A stretch of 64,000 bases of DNA from the NCBI GenBank assembly GCA_964016885.1, contig OZ024745.1, forward strand, positions 51,522,001 to 51,586,000, in the 5' to 3' direction. Positions 13,201 through 28,869 of this stretch are shown here, piece after piece. The stretch's first letter is position 1, and every line of letters starts with the position of its first letter. This DNA is from Eledone cirrhosa (taxonomy: Eukaryota). The position numbers were made by a program, and so were the translations under genes. The notes beneath the pieces are model-generated. The model worked only from the letters and a program-made list of their open reading frames with translations, was not told the origin of the DNA and made no database searches.

Positions 13201-14751
13201 CCCAATCATGAATGTTAAAACACAATCACCTGAACTTCAGGTTTTCGTTTATTACATATTTTTATTACTCAGGTTTTATTTATTTCATCATTTGGTGTTC
13301 AAGTTGGGTTAACTGTGTTTTAGTTTAGAATAATGCTGTATTTTTCCTATTCCCTCCAATATTAATCGATGCTATTTGGGCGAGGAATATTAGAGAGTTT
13401 TCAAATAATATTTTGCTATTTATTTTCTGCGTATGTGTGGTGCAGTATTGCATATCGTTTGGTATTATACATTGAGCTTTAGGTATAAATAGTGTATTCT
13501 TAATAATTATAGAGCGCCATTTGTATATTGCACTGTCAATTTTCTAGATTCCTTTCTGCAATATTCTATTATTTTGATAGAATGAATATTTGTTTAGTAT
13601 TTTGGTTTTCTTGTGAATATTGCTTAAGTAATGCTTTGTTTGTGGAGCAAAATTTGAATGGTAATTTAGCAAGAATTTCCCGACTATAATTTTGGAACAG
13701 TTCCTACAATCATATGCGTTTATGTGTGCAATTGTGGTAAACGGGTGAGAGATATCTTTTAATTTCTATGTTAATATTTGTGTATTCATTTACAAACAAA
13801 CTTATACTTAAAATCAAATTATTTTGAAGAGAAGGATTACATGCACCGCTTTAGATAAATATCAGTAAGTGTTGATTGTCCCTAATAAAGCGATTTTATT
13901 TAATACACATTCATATGTATCTTCAGCGATTGGTTCGTTTATGACCGCCTTCTCAACCACACGATAAAGAGATATATCTATGGCAGTAAGTTTGTTTATC
14001 TATGTTTGAATGGCTATACGTAAGCACTACCAATATTGTATTACACATTATGTGCATCGTTGAGTGTAAGTTTTTGGATAACCATTTAAATGAATATATT
14101 TCTGATAGAGGAAGCAAATATATGACGTCGTTAGCATATATTCATATAAACACACCCACACAGAGGGTCACATACAGACGTGGAAAGACACATATTCGCG
14201 CTCAAACTCACTCATTCAGATACACACATAAAAGTGTATGTGTATTCACATAAGCGTGTATATATGTGATAACTAATAAATATTGATAGCATGGGATTTA
14301 GAAGGGATAAAGCTTCAGGATAAGATCGACGATATATTTCAGAAATAAATATACATACAGAATAATATTCATAACAATTGAAATTCTTATATGGAATATA
14401 TTATCATATTTAAAACGTCTTGGGGGCTGTTGATTTTCTTTATGATAGAATATTATTTGTACATTTACTACGGTTGCTTGCGGTTAAAGAAACAATGTTA
14501 CCACCAAAGGGCTCGTTGGCTATTCAAATGAGTTCAGGGAAGTAATTTTTATTAGACCCGTAATATAAAATGTTTTCCATATAAATATATATTTAGTTTA
14601 AGGGCATTAGCGTTTTCAATTGTAAAAATCAATAAATATTTTCTACTGTATTAATTTCAAGAATTATGTATTTAATAACTATAAAAAGTGAATGATTCAG
14701 GAGTGGGGAAATGTATTTAAATATAGATTCGATATTGTTATATATAGTGTC

Positions 14752-14830
14752 AATGTATGTATGTATGTATGTATGTATGTATGTATGTATGTATGTATGT
14801 ATGTATGTATGTATGTACGTATGTATCTAT
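14752..14830. repeat. (TATG)n tetranucleotide microsatellite
   Basis: Directly visible. Confidence 0.95.
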
Positions 14831-14956
14831 GCATGTGTATATGGATATATGTATCTATGCATGTATATATGGATATATGTTTGTATGTATGGACGTATAT
14901 AGGTGCACGTATATATACATGTTCCTACACACACACACATGCGCGCGCGCGGTAGT

Positions 14957-14993
<37 letters not shown>

Positions 14994-15651
14994 TTTATCA
15001 GCAAAAGATAATAAATCTTCTTGGATTAAATTGAACGTATGCTAAAAGAAATACGGTTCAACGGACATATTAAATTGTTTTAATATATTTAAAAAAGAAA
15101 TCATTCACTTATTTGAGTAATCTTCTGACTGTACTGATAGTACTGAGTGAAATTGTATTTTATGTTCCGTTTTCAATACTTCAAGGAATAAAGGAGAGTG
15201 AAACAAATTAAATTATTTACGAGTATCTGTAGGAATTTCAAAAGAGAAAAATGTGATTCTTGGAAAAGCTGAAAGGAAATAAAGCTAGATATCAAAATAA
15301 TAAATCACATTAAAAGCCCATATCTTTCGTTAAAGAGCAAGCAATTTCTCTCAAATTCTGACTGGAATTATTTTAAAAGTTATATAATATTTACCTAGAA
15401 ATATCGTGCTCACATTAAAATGACAATGAAAATAATGTCACTTGAGATAACATAATTGAACAATGAACATATATACTCATTTACATTCAATAATGAGGAA
15501 GATGATTAATCTAATTACAGACAGGCAGCTGTTGAACACCTGTCTGAAAATATAATATTTGTTCATTTTACGCGGAATACAGGTGTTTGAATAGCCCTCA
15601 CATACCGTGCTCTATATTAATAGTTTGTTACAATATCAACATCGTTATCAT

Positions 15652-15807
15652 CGGTGGATTGGCAGTATCGGTAGAGAGTCGGACGCCATGCTTTACGGTC
15701 TGAGTTCAAATCCCGCCGAGGTTCACTTTGCCTTTCATCCTTACGGGGTCGATAAAATAGAGTACCTGTAATGTACTGGATAATTGCGGGCCTTGTAGAA
15801 ACAGTTA
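15652..15807 (+). mobile_element. SINE with internal deletion
   Basis: A box, B box and core present. Confidence 0.88.
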
Positions 15808-15967
15808 TCATTTTTATTTTTTTAAATTTTATTTTCCTATTTACAATCACTATTACAATCACTACCATATTTAGATCCACTATTATTACTGGTATAATCA
15901 ATGTTAGTGTTTTATTTTCCTCTCGTTATAATCGTCACTATCTTTATCATTATTACTATGCGTTTCG

Positions 15968-16190
15968 GGGCGGTGGATTGGCAGTATCGGTAGAGCGTCG
16001 GGCACTATGCTTTGCAGTATAACTTTACGTCATTTTACATTCTGAGTTTAAATCCAGCGGAGATTAGCTTTGCCTTTCATCCTAAAGGGGTCGATAAAAT
16101 AAACACCGGTATCACAATGGAGTCGATCTAATGAACTTTACCCCTCCCAAAAATTTGTTGGTCTTGTGCCTAAATCAGAAACCATTATTA
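15968..16190 (+). mobile_element. SINE, longer older subfamily
   Basis: Same head and core, with an extra segment (ggagtcgatctaatgaactttacccctccc) before the tail. Confidence 0.85.
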
Positions 16191-16819
16191 CTATGCTTTT
16201 TGGATTATCTCATAGCTGGTTCATTGTGTTCCTACTGTATTTAGAGTATTAAGTTTTCTTTCATACATTTTCATTTATATTTTAATTTTAAACAATTCAA
16301 TTAATTTTCCAACCAATGTTTTTCAGAATAAATTTCTATAAAACGTTTTCCTAAAATCTTAACCGTATAACTTCATATGTTAGTTCTTTATCTATTACCT
16401 TTATACCGTCGCATCTAAATGATTTCAAAACAACCCGTTGATCCTTAGAGTTAACTTAGCCTATTGTTAGCTAACATAGCATGATGTGAATAATTATAAA
16501 ACCACCAATAACATTATTAGTCTGATATCTGCTTTTTCATTCATCCTTTTCTACAACCTATACCAAACCCCTACACACTCTCGCTTCTCACTACTTCTAT
16601 AGTCCATTAAACTTTTGGATGACAGAGGTGTAGTAGCGGATTGACTTAAGCAATATACGTATGATTGAGAAGACTTAGTATTTGTTTCTTTGTTTTTCTT
16701 CCACTCAACTTTACACCTATGAATTTATTTACTTTGACCACTCTTTTATATTTGATATTATTACTAACGTATAATGGAGAAATAACTATCTACAGGAAGA
16801 AATGTAGGATTTATGCATT

Positions 16820-17565
16820 AGTGTGTGTCCGAGAAACAAATACAACTGTATCTGACTAAGAAGATGCAACGATTCTTTGGGACTTTCCTGTACATACATA
16901 CTGAAACACCGAAGCTAAGAGAGGGAATGTTATTGTAAAAGGCCAAAATAACAAAGTCTGTTTATTGATTTATATGATTACCCCATGTGATCACAATATT
17001 GCGGTAATCGATTTTATCAAGATCAGAAAATATATGGATTTGCTTATTGAAATTGAAATATTGCGGCATCTCAAAGCGGTTACAAAACCTGTGATCGTAG
17101 GCGCAATAGGAATGATAAAAAAAAGATAATTAGTTGAGAAGATTTAGCCACACTGCCAGAAGTGTATAAAGTTTTGGCGGCACGAGTATTGAGAAGAGTA
17201 CTTTCGCTGTGCGAATGATAATCCTTTATATAATTTGTTTTTTTTTGCATAACTCTATTTGGTTAGATTTCGTTATTATGTAAGTCTCAAATATTCGAAC
17301 ACTCTTTTATGATTATATTCAGTTGTAAATGCGATTTTAAACCAATAATGAACCCATGTATAAAGCAAAATGTATAATTGTATCTCTGTAAGGTGCGTGA
17401 CGTAAACAATCCGGTGTGTTTATTTGTATATGCAGTGAGCTTCTCTGCCCAAGGTGTTGGGATTACACTCGGCAAGGCATGGAAAAAAGAACTGTAGAAA
17501 AATGAACAAACACAAATAATCATAATAATGTTATTGATAATAGTGATGAGGATGATAATGATGAC
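16820..17565 (+). mobile_element. R4/Dong-clade LINE 3' fragment (RLE domain, 3' UTR, decayed TAA/TGA tail)
   Basis: ATILWDFPVHT..NKVCLLIYMITPCDHNI..KIRKYMDLLIEIE..KPVIVGAIGMIKK is a decayed R4/Dong restriction-like endonuclease C-terminus. Confidence 0.8.
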
Positions 17566-17569
17566 GACG

Positions 17570-18330
17570 ATCCCTTAATAAACCGAGGAATTACATAAAT
17601 GTCACGTACGGTACAGGATGATACAACATAGGTTTGCACAAAAGCGTGCTAGAAAAGGAACTACTGAAAAAAGGGTATCAATTATTAAACAAAGAAAATC
17701 CCGTGTGATATTTGTGGAAACAAATGAAAAATATATAAAAAGGTGCGAGGTGCTGACCTATAGAGTAAGAGCCTTTTTTCCTGTTTTTTTCCAGTGATAT
17801 GCACGTGAATACAGAACACAAACCCATGGTCAGTATTTTAATCCACCATTCAACAAATTAACCTAGGAGGCTGCACTTTCCTCTCCATTTCATTTACTTG
17901 TGGACTTCAAAATATCTGTGAGGACTTGACCAAAGAGAGAATTGGCATATGTCAGCCTTTTCAATCCTATCCAACACAAACGCTTTCGCCATGGCTACCA
18001 GGAAAATAAAATATCCCTAGCCGTTCAAAACAGTACAGGGTGATGGGGTGATCTTCATAGTAGACTCGTCTAATAGCCGAATCCGTGCTACACGTGATAG
18101 CAGAAGTTTGACATCACTCCGAAAGTCAGCAATATCGAGGAAATGAATGAGTGAGTCTCCCGGTGCACAAGTCGCTAATTCCTTATGATTGCACTTCCAT
18201 AGCTGTAGAGTGTATCCGAACCGGCAATTCACCGTAGTATCACTGCCAGGCCAGAGATTTATAGAAACTTTCCATGGACTCTGGAAAGAAGACGTCCGAT
18301 CTCTGTTTGCATTCATGTTGCCTGTATGTC
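17570..18330 (-). mobile_element. Tx1/L1-clade LINE, degenerate 3' fragment
   Basis: Nucleotide similarity to 62794-63540 (e.g. tttcgccatggc.accag, ctacacgtga.agcag, cactgccaggccag.gattt) and a similar 3' terminus. Confidence 0.75.
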
Positions 18331-20343
18331 GCGAGTATGCCTAAGTGTGTGTTCGTGTTTGCCGAAGGAGAGTTATATTTGTTGTTGCTGTGGTGGTAGA
18401 TGCTTCTGCTCCATTTAGCTAATGCTGGTCCTATTATCATTGCTGATGTTAGTGCTTTTACAGTTGTCACTGGTGCTGCTGTCGCCCCACTTGTTGTATG
18501 CTCTTCTTATTGTTGTGCTCGTAATATCTCCATCAGTAAGGATCTTTTCCTCTACCGTTCATAATACATCAAACACTAACAGAACACGAGAAACAACATA
18601 ACATAAGCAACATCACTATAACATGCAGAAAATAAACCATTCTAGATACCGACATGTATATTTATTTACATAATTAAGAATTAATTCAACGTACAGAATA
18701 GAATACACACACTTGCAAAAAGTTAAGAAATACATTAAGCACATTATATTAACCATTAGAATGTGGTTAATTATATATTAAACAGATAACACAATATCTA
18801 GTAAAATTAAATAAAACTATATACATTTCTATAGAAACATGTCTTTCGTTTTATTTGTAGGATTCAATTTTAAATACGTATATCTTTTTTTCGTAAAATG
18901 CTTCTTTTCGACGAGTGACCCAGCAAATTGCTTATTACGACTAAGATACCATTTTCAAGCAAACCAATATAATGTAACTGCGTGAAGAATAGCCTTACTC
19001 GCTTTGAGACTTCATACGTTTTACCAAACGCTCCCAACTTTCATATATGTTGCTTATGTAATGAACTTACGAACGAGACCATATATTATTTTTATTTTGA
19101 TTAGTGGGTGGGGGTAGAGAAACATCGCCAAACTGATAGAGATCGGTAAACATAATAATGAAGAAGATCTGTGGGTAAAAGGGAAGATAGGAATGATGAA
19201 TTTAAAACATTAAGTATAAGAGATTATATTTTATTTTTATAGCAATTTGCTGGAGAAAACATATTATATAAACATGGAGGGTGAGACTGTCAATAAGATA
19301 TTGTGAAAATGAGGATGACGACAACGATGATAATGATGATGATCATTATGATGATGATAATTCTTATGATGATGATAAGGAGGAAGAGGAGGAGGAGATA
19401 GATGATGATGATGATGATGATAACTCGCAATTCAGAGTAACGAAGGTATCTTTTCCCCCTTGTATCAGTACTTTCAACAAAACTTCAGCAGCGTTTTTGA
19501 GGTTAAAGCATGATATGACGGAAACCGATTCAAAGTAATGATTTTGTTAATCTAAACTAGCTAAGACAAAATATGAACTTGTGACTGCAGTTATGATGCG
19601 GCTTCCTCACGTTAGAGTGTCTAACGTTGTTTAAAATATAGAGAAAAGAAAATATTTGTATATGTTTCTTTATATAGCTGTTTTTATTTCCTTGCAGAAA
19701 TCTATGGCTAGCTACAAAGAAACTCAAAAAACCGTTACTGACTGCTTTATTACTTCACAGTAAGTAAGCCATTGCAAAGTGTGTTGAGATATGTGACCTT
19801 ATCACCGATGTAAGATGTGGAACAAAATACACCAGATATCGAAAAAATAAAAAACGATAAAGAGAAACTCTTGAAAACACACCCAACCACAATTCACATA
19901 CACCCATACACACACGCACAAGCTATAAAACATCAATCATACGATGTCAACCATGCTTGACTTGGAAGTCACTCAATCACAAACTACATCAATATAACTG
20001 TCCAGTTACACAAAGAAAATGATGCAAAGAAAGGTGAATATCTTTCTCATTCTGTCGCTCTCTCAGCCAGCCAGTATCTTTCCTTTGCTCTCGCCCCCTC
20101 CTGATATATATATATATAAACAGAAAGTATTATATATACACACAAACACGTGTTTGGGTATGTGTTTGTGAACGTGTCCTCATCACTCACATACACATGC
20201 ACACACGCATATATGTATACGCACACACACACACACACATTCACCGACACACCCACCCACACATATATATATATATGTGTGTGTGTGTGTGTATTATATA
20301 TATATATATATGTGTATGTGTGTGTGTATATTATATATATATA

Positions 20344-20419
<76 letters not shown>

Positions 20420-20641
20420 CAATCTGTAAGTCTGTAAGTGTGATGCCTTTCTGTATATACATATATTATGCGTTTATAAACTTAGAGTGAGATAGCTACG
20501 CTTACTTTATTTACAAGTCTACGGTTATTTGATTTACTTGTAGGTGTACATATTCATAGCGTAAATAAATATAGCAGTAATCGTTGTTATGCATTGTGAA
20601 TTGAAAAGTTGCCCATCGACACATAACATACCTTTTCACAC

Positions 20642-20706
<65 letters not shown>

Positions 20707-20729
20707 CACACACATATATATATATACAC

Positions 20730-20764
<35 letters not shown>

Positions 20765-21133
20765 TACGTGATTTTGATGCGTGTAAAGGTGTAGGTGTGT
20801 GGGCGTAGCTTATGACAGTTTTCATTGTAGTAAATCTCATTCCTTCGGTTACTGGAACCAATCTTTTTGTAGCTATTTTAACCACAATTGTGTTTTGAAG
20901 GTAAACCCGTAAATATAATAACATGTCTATTTATGTATATAGTTTGAATCTTTCATTCTTCGAAGAAAGTACTGATTTCTATGAGCTAAGCATGTCTCCA
21001 TCGTTAAAAGTTAGGTATGAAAAACAGTTGTACTTGAAATTGTTCATCAACCAAGCCACTTCAGTTGTATAGGTTAATTCAACGAATTTAGTTTATATTT
21101 CAAGATCAGATCACATTTATTTTTCCGTTTTAA

Positions 21134-21322
21134 AATAATTCTTTCTACTATTGGCACAAGGCCAGCAATTACCCAGTACATTACTGGTACTTTATTTTAT
21201 CGACCCCGTAAGGATGAAAGGCAAAGTTAACCTCGGCGGGATTTGAACTCAGAATGGCAAGGCCGTAAATCTATGCGTCAAAGCAAGGAGTCCGACCCTC
21301 TACCAATACTGCCAATTCACCC
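21134..21322 (-). mobile_element. SINE, near full length
   Basis: Reverse complement of the consensus; flanked by ttttccgttttaaa. Confidence 0.9.
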
Positions 21323-21340
21323 AACCTTTTCCGTTTTAAA

Positions 21341-21473
21341 ATAATTGTTTCTACGTTTGGCACAAGGCCAGCAATTATCCCAGTGTATTACTGGTACTTT
21401 ATTTTATCGACCCCTTAAGGATGAAAGCAAAGTTAACATCGGCGGGTTTTGAACTCAGTCCGTAAAGGAACTG
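21341..21473 (-). mobile_element. SINE, 5'-truncated, tandem to the previous copy
   Basis: B box to tail present; flanked by the same 14-bp repeat. Confidence 0.9.
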
Positions 21474-22340
21474 TTTTCCGTTTTAAATGTTATTCAATTG
21501 GTTCTTGCTGTTCAATTCATGTGAAATTGATTGAGCGGACTTAAAAACCAAAACGAATGCATATATAAACGTCCCTGGTTTTCCCATTGAACACATGGCC
21601 CATCGCCAGAATTTCTAATATGTCCTTTTGTATAATATTAATGTACGAGTCGATAGAGATTATGGTATAAGTCAATCATAGCGAGTGACTATGTACGTGA
21701 TCACTTGTTATATCATTCATTTTTTGATGTTTGCGATTATTGTGAGGATAGTCGTCAGTTGTTCGTTGGTGATTTATGGGTTTGGTAGATAAGAGGTAGG
21801 GGAGTCGATATGCCGCGAACTGATCGTGTTGCCTGGAAATGAGTTGATATTGTCAGAACACTAATATACATAGACGCGTGTATATGCGTTCTTTAGGAGT
21901 TTAATGGTATTTCTGCATTAGCATCTAACAAGATTTATTTCTTTTAGTGAAGCTGTCAATATGATGTAGCTGCGGTTGTTGAATATATAGATCAGTGGAA
22001 ATATTCGTGATCATGTTATTTCGTTTGAATATTTGAATTCAAATTGAAACCGCTCTCACTTTGTTTCTGATATGAAATATGTTTCATTATATATAAGCTA
22101 CTAGAATACAAGATTTATTTTCCTAGCCTCAGTTATACCCAAGTATGTAATATTGAACGTATAAATTATTCTAGATGCAAAGGTTCCTACTGAACTCCCT
22201 TCCAAATGTTGATGACATGCGTTATGATACACAGTTTTTTATATACTTAATGATGGCTTGTAGATTGTATATTTTATTTTATTACGTACGTACTTTACAT
22301 TTGCATGTTAAATTTTAAGTCTGTTGGGTATATATTATTA

Positions 22341-22480
22341 TAGTTACGTCCCTTTACGATCTGAGTTCAAATCCCGCCGAGGTTGACTTTGCCTTTCATC
22401 CTTACGGGGTCGATAAAATAAAGTACCAGTAATGCACTGGTTAATTGGTGGCCGTGTGCCTAAAGTATAAACAATTATTA
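22341..22480 (+). mobile_element. SINE, 5'-truncated
   Basis: B box, core and tail present. Confidence 0.9.
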
Positions 22481-22598
22481 TGTGGTGAGCTGCTGTTCAG
22501 AAAGCAGATAACGAGGGTACACATTTTAAGGTAATGTTAAGGGTAATAACTATATCATTTATCTATTTATCTCTCTATATATATCTATTGACATATTC

Positions 22599-22711
<113 letters not shown>

Positions 22712-22770
22712 ATATATATATCAATATCATCTATCTATTTATCTCTCTATATATATCTATTGACATATTC

Positions 22771-22883
<113 letters not shown>

Positions 22884-22988
22884 ATATGTGAAGTAATTCC
22901 GTCGGAAAAGTCCAGGAAAAAAGAGTGCTCTATGTAGGCAACACAGCTTAATTATTATTATTATGTAATAAACAACATAAGGCAATTA

Positions 22989-23048
22989 TTCCATTTACCA
23001 GTGGTTTCTTAAAAGCAAAAGGTTTTGCTTTCAATCTTCAGAACGGAA
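22989..23048 (-). ncRNA. Hammerhead ribozyme family E, intact canonical type I
   Basis: UUCCGUU-CUGAAGA-UUGAAAGCAAAA(CC)UUUUGCUUUUAA-GAA-ACC(ACU)GGU-A-AAUGGAA: 7-bp stem I, ~11-12-bp stem II, GUA site. Confidence 0.85.
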
Positions 23049-23149
23049 AAAGCTGGTTTGTTTATTGAATTTGGATTACAAAACCAAAAATGCAATCTAT
23101 ATGAAAGTGAGGCTGGAGAAGGGAGAAGGAAAGGAAAAATAAAATAAAA

Positions 23150-23329
23150 CTACGCATGCAAACACACACACAAAACAACCCCCAAAGCATACTTACACAC
23201 ACATACATATATACATATATATATGTACGCATACATATATACATATACACATATATATAAAACGTACACTTACCTACACAAACACATATATACACACATA
23301 TACACATACATACCTTAATACATATACAC

Positions 23330-23412
<83 letters not shown>

Positions 23413-23930
23413 TATCCACACACATATATATATGTACAAATATATATATATATATACATATATATACATATACACACATACACATACACACACATACACG
23501 TGTGTGTACAAGCATACACATACAGAAACATAGCCATACACACACACATATATATACGCATACATACATTCACACAAACATACAAAACATACATACATAC
23601 ACATACATGAATGCACTTCTCTACATATTCACACACGCAAATAAATATAAGAAAAAAAAAAAATATATATATATATATATATTTAAAAAATTTTTGACAG
23701 CGATACATGACCCAGCAAAGAGGACAGACACGTGTGGTAAGTAATACGCACAAAAAAGCACGTATACATACGTACGAAATAGTAAACACATACACACACT
23801 CTCATACATAAATATACATAAACAAATACAAAAACACATACATACACATACATACACAAACACGCACACGTATACATATTAAACACACACACATATGTAT
23901 ATGTAATTATATACACACACACACACATAT

Positions 23931-24003
<73 letters not shown>

Positions 24004-24265
24004 TACACACAGACACATATATACATATATATATATATATACAAAAATATAAACGCACACACACACACACACACACGCATATACGTAAACACACATATAC
24101 ATACATAGCTAAACAATTATACACATGCAAATACGTATATATCAAAAACACGCACAACCAAAAACAAATACACACACACATACACACACACACACACACA
24201 ACCACACACACACATACATAAAACAATAATAAACACACACACACATATACATACATACATACACA

Positions 24266-24325
<60 letters not shown>

Positions 24326-24606
24326 TACACACATACGTACATATACACATGTGCATACACATACACACACACATATACATGTGTGTATGTGTAAAACTCA
24401 GTATTAGAAAAGACAAATGAACCTTACATAAACGTATATATAGTAGTAAGGTTATAAAGTAACATAAGGCAATTATTCCATTCACCAGAGGTTTCTTAAA
24501 AGCAAAAAATGTTTCGTTCAGTCTTCAGAATGAAAAAAAGTGAAAAAAACCTCCACATATACATACATATACACACACAAATATACATATATATACACAT
24601 ACACAA

Positions 24607-24671
<65 letters not shown>

Positions 24672-24780
24672 TATACATACACATATACACATATATATAT
24701 ATATACACACATATATATACTCACAAAAATACATACACATACACATAGGTATGTAAAGGGCAAAACAAAAAGAATATATG
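23150..24780. repeat. Cryptic (CA)/(TA) low-complexity tract
   Basis: Directly visible; source of many spurious ORFs. Confidence 0.9.
24476..24535 (-). ncRNA. Hammerhead ribozyme family E, decayed copy
   Basis: Direct repeat of 22989-23048. Core CUGAAGA/GAAA is retained, but the site is GUG and stem II is damaged. Confidence 0.65.
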
Positions 24781-26812
24781 GGGGGGGGGCTAAGAGGAGG
24801 TAAAAATATAAGGGGAGGTAAGAGAGAAACATTTTTTAAATATACAAGAGTACAGAAGGTAGAATCAGCAAAATAAAAACCGTAGCAGAAGTAAAGAGCA
24901 GAGAAGGACTTCAAGGCGGTTGATTTATCATAGGAGTGTCAATCCAGTTACATATCAGATGCGATTTCAGATGAGGACAGCATCTGAAGATCTCAGTCTT
25001 TGAGTTAAGGCAAGCGGAAGTGGCTCTCAAGTTTAGCAAAATCCTATACTTTTCTGTGGTACACAAAGAACAATTCTTTGTGCCCCTTTGGTACTCCCTC
25101 GAATGGTCTAATATAGACCAATCAATAGAGTACGGGATATTACTATCCTCGAGATCCCATAACTTACTTGCGAGGGCCGTTGATGTTCGTTTATCAGAGT
25201 GCTTAAAAGAAGCGACATGTGAGTAAAATCTGGTTTTAAACCTGTCCTGGGTCATACCGACATATCGCTCACTCCTGGCTGGCTGGTTGTTGATAACTGG
25301 CGTTATCTTAGCCTCATAAACGACATATTTTGTGTTACATTTACCCTGCAATGGGCATTCATCCGGCTTCCTGCAACTGCATCCTGGATTTATCCTCGTA
25401 CGGTTTGAACTGGTGATTTTGGACTTCATGGATGGGCAACAAGAGTAGCTGATCTTAACTACATTCCTATTAAAAATCTTATAATATCTATGAATAGGAG
25501 GAAAATGTTTGTCTAATAGTTCAAGGAATTTCCTTCCTACATTAGTTTTGACATTTAGAGAGAAGGGGGGTGTGAACCAAATAATCTTCCTTTTCCTGTT
25601 ATTATGGTTAGTTTTAGGGGGGGGGGGGAGTAGGTAAATAAGAAATATTTTCTGTAAAACCGCTGTTCTTAAGGGCTTTATTATAATAAGGGGCGGCTTT
25701 ATTAAAAATATCTATAGACGAAGATAAGGTAGAAATCCTACGGCTAATATTAGGAATAAGATTATTAAAAACTATAGGGGGATGGCAAGACTCTTTGTGT
25801 ATATACCTAAGATTTTCATTAGGTTTATGATAGGGTTTAAAAGAGGCAGTAAGTAGATCAAGATTAATATCAAGAAAGTTAGCATTAGTAAGGTTCGTAT
25901 CTATAGTAATTTTAAGGTTAAGATTAGCAAAAGTACTAATTAAATCTTTACGGAATTTATCAAGATTATGGCCGTTGGTGGTATGAGAAACTGCTAATTC
26001 GTCATCACGGTATAAACCGATATTATGGGACGGAAATTTCTCTTTGAGTGTGTGGAGAAGGAATAATCCTACTAAGTCGCACACATCCGCACTGTCATAG
26101 GAACCCATTGCAACATCGAAAGAGTTTTCAGGGTTTGACTTTTTAACCCAAATATTATCATTAGTAAAAAGTAAAGTTTTCCTAGCATGAAAGATAATGT
26201 CCTCTTCTAATTTAGAGATATTAATGAAGGGTCTTGCAAAATCTAAGGCATTAGTTAATAAGGAAACAGTAATAGAAGGGTAAAAATCGACAATATCAAA
26301 TTGGGTAAATCTACACTTATTTTTACCTTGTATATTATTGAACCAAGAAATAACAGAGGAAGTATTTAGCCACTGTGAAAGGTCAGTGTTAGTTCTAATT
26401 TGGAGAATTATTTTTCTTAAGATTTTGTTACTAGCAAGGCCAACCTCGGATTTAGCCGGGTTAATCAGTCTACAACTAGGTCGATTAGTAAAGTCCAATT
26501 TATGGTCTTTAAGGGTAATATATGCTTTACGCTTAGCTAAGCTTTCAATCCGGTTATCTATTTGTAAAGAACTAGCTAGTTCTTTAGCTTCTTTATTGAT
26601 AGTATTGTAGCTATTATTATTAGTTAATTGATATTTATTGGTAATACTATTAGTTAAAAGTTGGTTATACAAATTAATATTAACTTCAAAGAGGTTTTTA
26701 GTTTTATCAGAAAGAACGAAAGTGTTTGTAGAATTTCTAAAATTAGAGATATCGTTAGAAAGTTTAGTTTGAAAGTTATTATTGTACTTACGAAATTTGA
26801 TATCACTATCTG

Positions 26813-26942
<130 letters not shown>

Positions 26943-26943
26943 C

Positions 26944-27130
26944 AAATGGTGGCTGCCAACTCGTTTTCGAGTACGGCCACTACTTTATATCCATGTAGGA
27001 GAACCCCTACCAATGCGCTGAACGAGTGTCACATTTTAGTCCAGCCAGCGACTTGAAAACTCTGGTACAAACACTACACCTGTGACAATTATTGACACAT
27101 AGTGCTGGGCCCATGCTACCATGTGACGAC
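26944..27130 (-). pseudogene. RTE-clade LINE 3' end (C2H2-like zinc finger and short tail)
   Basis: CSVCTRVFKSLAGLKCDTRSAH followed by an RTE-like tail hairpin ctcgaaaacgag. Confidence 0.55.
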
Positions 27131-28465
27131 AAGTGCAGAGATCTCCAGATATAAAGCAATGGCTGTGCCGTGAAGCTTTTATAGTGAGCAAAGGCACTGC
27201 ACAAAGTCAGTCCCACTCTCTTAACCACGATGATATTTACCAAAAAGAAGAACAAGTCAACATCATTGGATACCATCAGGGTCGCGGGTGTTATATCAGA
27301 GTTTTCCTTCTCCTAGAATTCTGTCTTGACAAAGGCTAAGGGGTCATCTCTATATATACATACATTCATAGCCCCCAGATAGAGGATGAGTAATCACTAG
27401 GAGAATGATATCCTTGCAGCTGTTGGTGGGAGCCTTTCTGCTTGTGAAAGCAGCTATATGGCAGAGGCACGTGACAACCTCAAACTGGCTAACAAAGTTG
27501 TTCAACCAATCTCTGAATTTGTCCATAATAATTTGTCCATAATAATTCATGATTCAAAGTGCTCTATTATAAGGGAGATAGATTGTCCTCCTCAATCCCC
27601 ATATTAAATTCTACTATTGAATAAAGAAAACCATGCAGAATATCAATAAATATTCATGCCGTCACAACAATGCTCAAGTATATACGGACATATACTTGAT
27701 AGCTTCTGACTGCGAAAGTGAAAGAAAAGACATGTATAAATGGAAATATCCTGTGAGATATCACCAAGGTCATCAACACAATATTGGAAAGCAAGTAGGG
27801 AAATAAAGACATATATCAGTAAGCCAGGATCGTCTGGAAGCCCAAATTCTTACACAGACTTACAAATAAAAACTATGACGTGAAACCCACATATGCATCA
27901 ACTGGACAATTCTGCCACAAAAGGCAGCCACACCACAAAACTGAAAATAGCTAAACTAAAAGCAGTCAAATATGCGTCAGCAAGAGCAAAACCTAGGTTT
28001 ACAACACTTAAAAAAGACAAAAGTGAAAGATAAATATGTCAGTCAAATACAGTTTTTAGATATATAATACCTTCGTGTGATTTGTACAGTTTAATTGAAT
28101 TTTGTCTTCTTTCAAGTGTTATCGTGATATTTAAGTTAGTAGTTTATATCTAATATGAGACATCCATTGTTATTTCATCTCTTCTTCTTTATTAATGAGT
28201 TGAGATATCTAAGAAGGTTTTAGTATTTTCCATCATCCGTCATTGTATTCAACAAATTATCACGACGTGTAATAATGCCATTATTTAGGTCATGAATATC
28301 TATATTTAAATATGTGCATATTAGACTTTTACCTGTCATATGTCAGGCAAATCGTGGATAACTATAGATATATGAAACTGAGGGCATAAAAGTATTATTA
28401 TATAGGAATAAATGAATAAATTGTGCCTATATATATAAAGCAGCGATGTGAGACATGAATATATG

Positions 28466-28537
<72 letters not shown>

Positions 28538-28763
28538 GGGGATAACAAATTATTGTTATAGGTAATCAACTTAGATGTAGTCCAGTTAGAGTACTCCGAG
28601 TAGTGGATAGTATCAACGCTTGGTTAAGTTTGACTCAACAAGGCGTTTCCATAGTGATGCTGAGAGTACGCGGTGATTTCTATGTTGTTTAAACTTGGAG
28701 TAATGATAAATCAAGAAAGAAGAGTGATACGGTTTGCTAAACAATAAGGGCTTTAATCACATT

Positions 28764-28869
28764 ACTGACAATTGTTTCTCTGAACTGGTAGGTCTAGAGA
28801 TCGCTACCCGCCTGTTTCTGCGCCAATCGATCACCAATACATAGTTATAACCAGTCAATTCATCAGAGC
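28764..28869 (-). ncRNA. Hammerhead ribozyme family C, long stem II
   Basis: GCU-CUGAUGA-[~81 nt]-GAA-AC(AAUU)GU-C-AGU; core and GUC site intact. Confidence 0.75.

Noticed and set aside
19281-19538. Acidic D/E-rich ORF
   Set aside because: It derives from a (GAT)/(GAG) microsatellite and has no other coding support.
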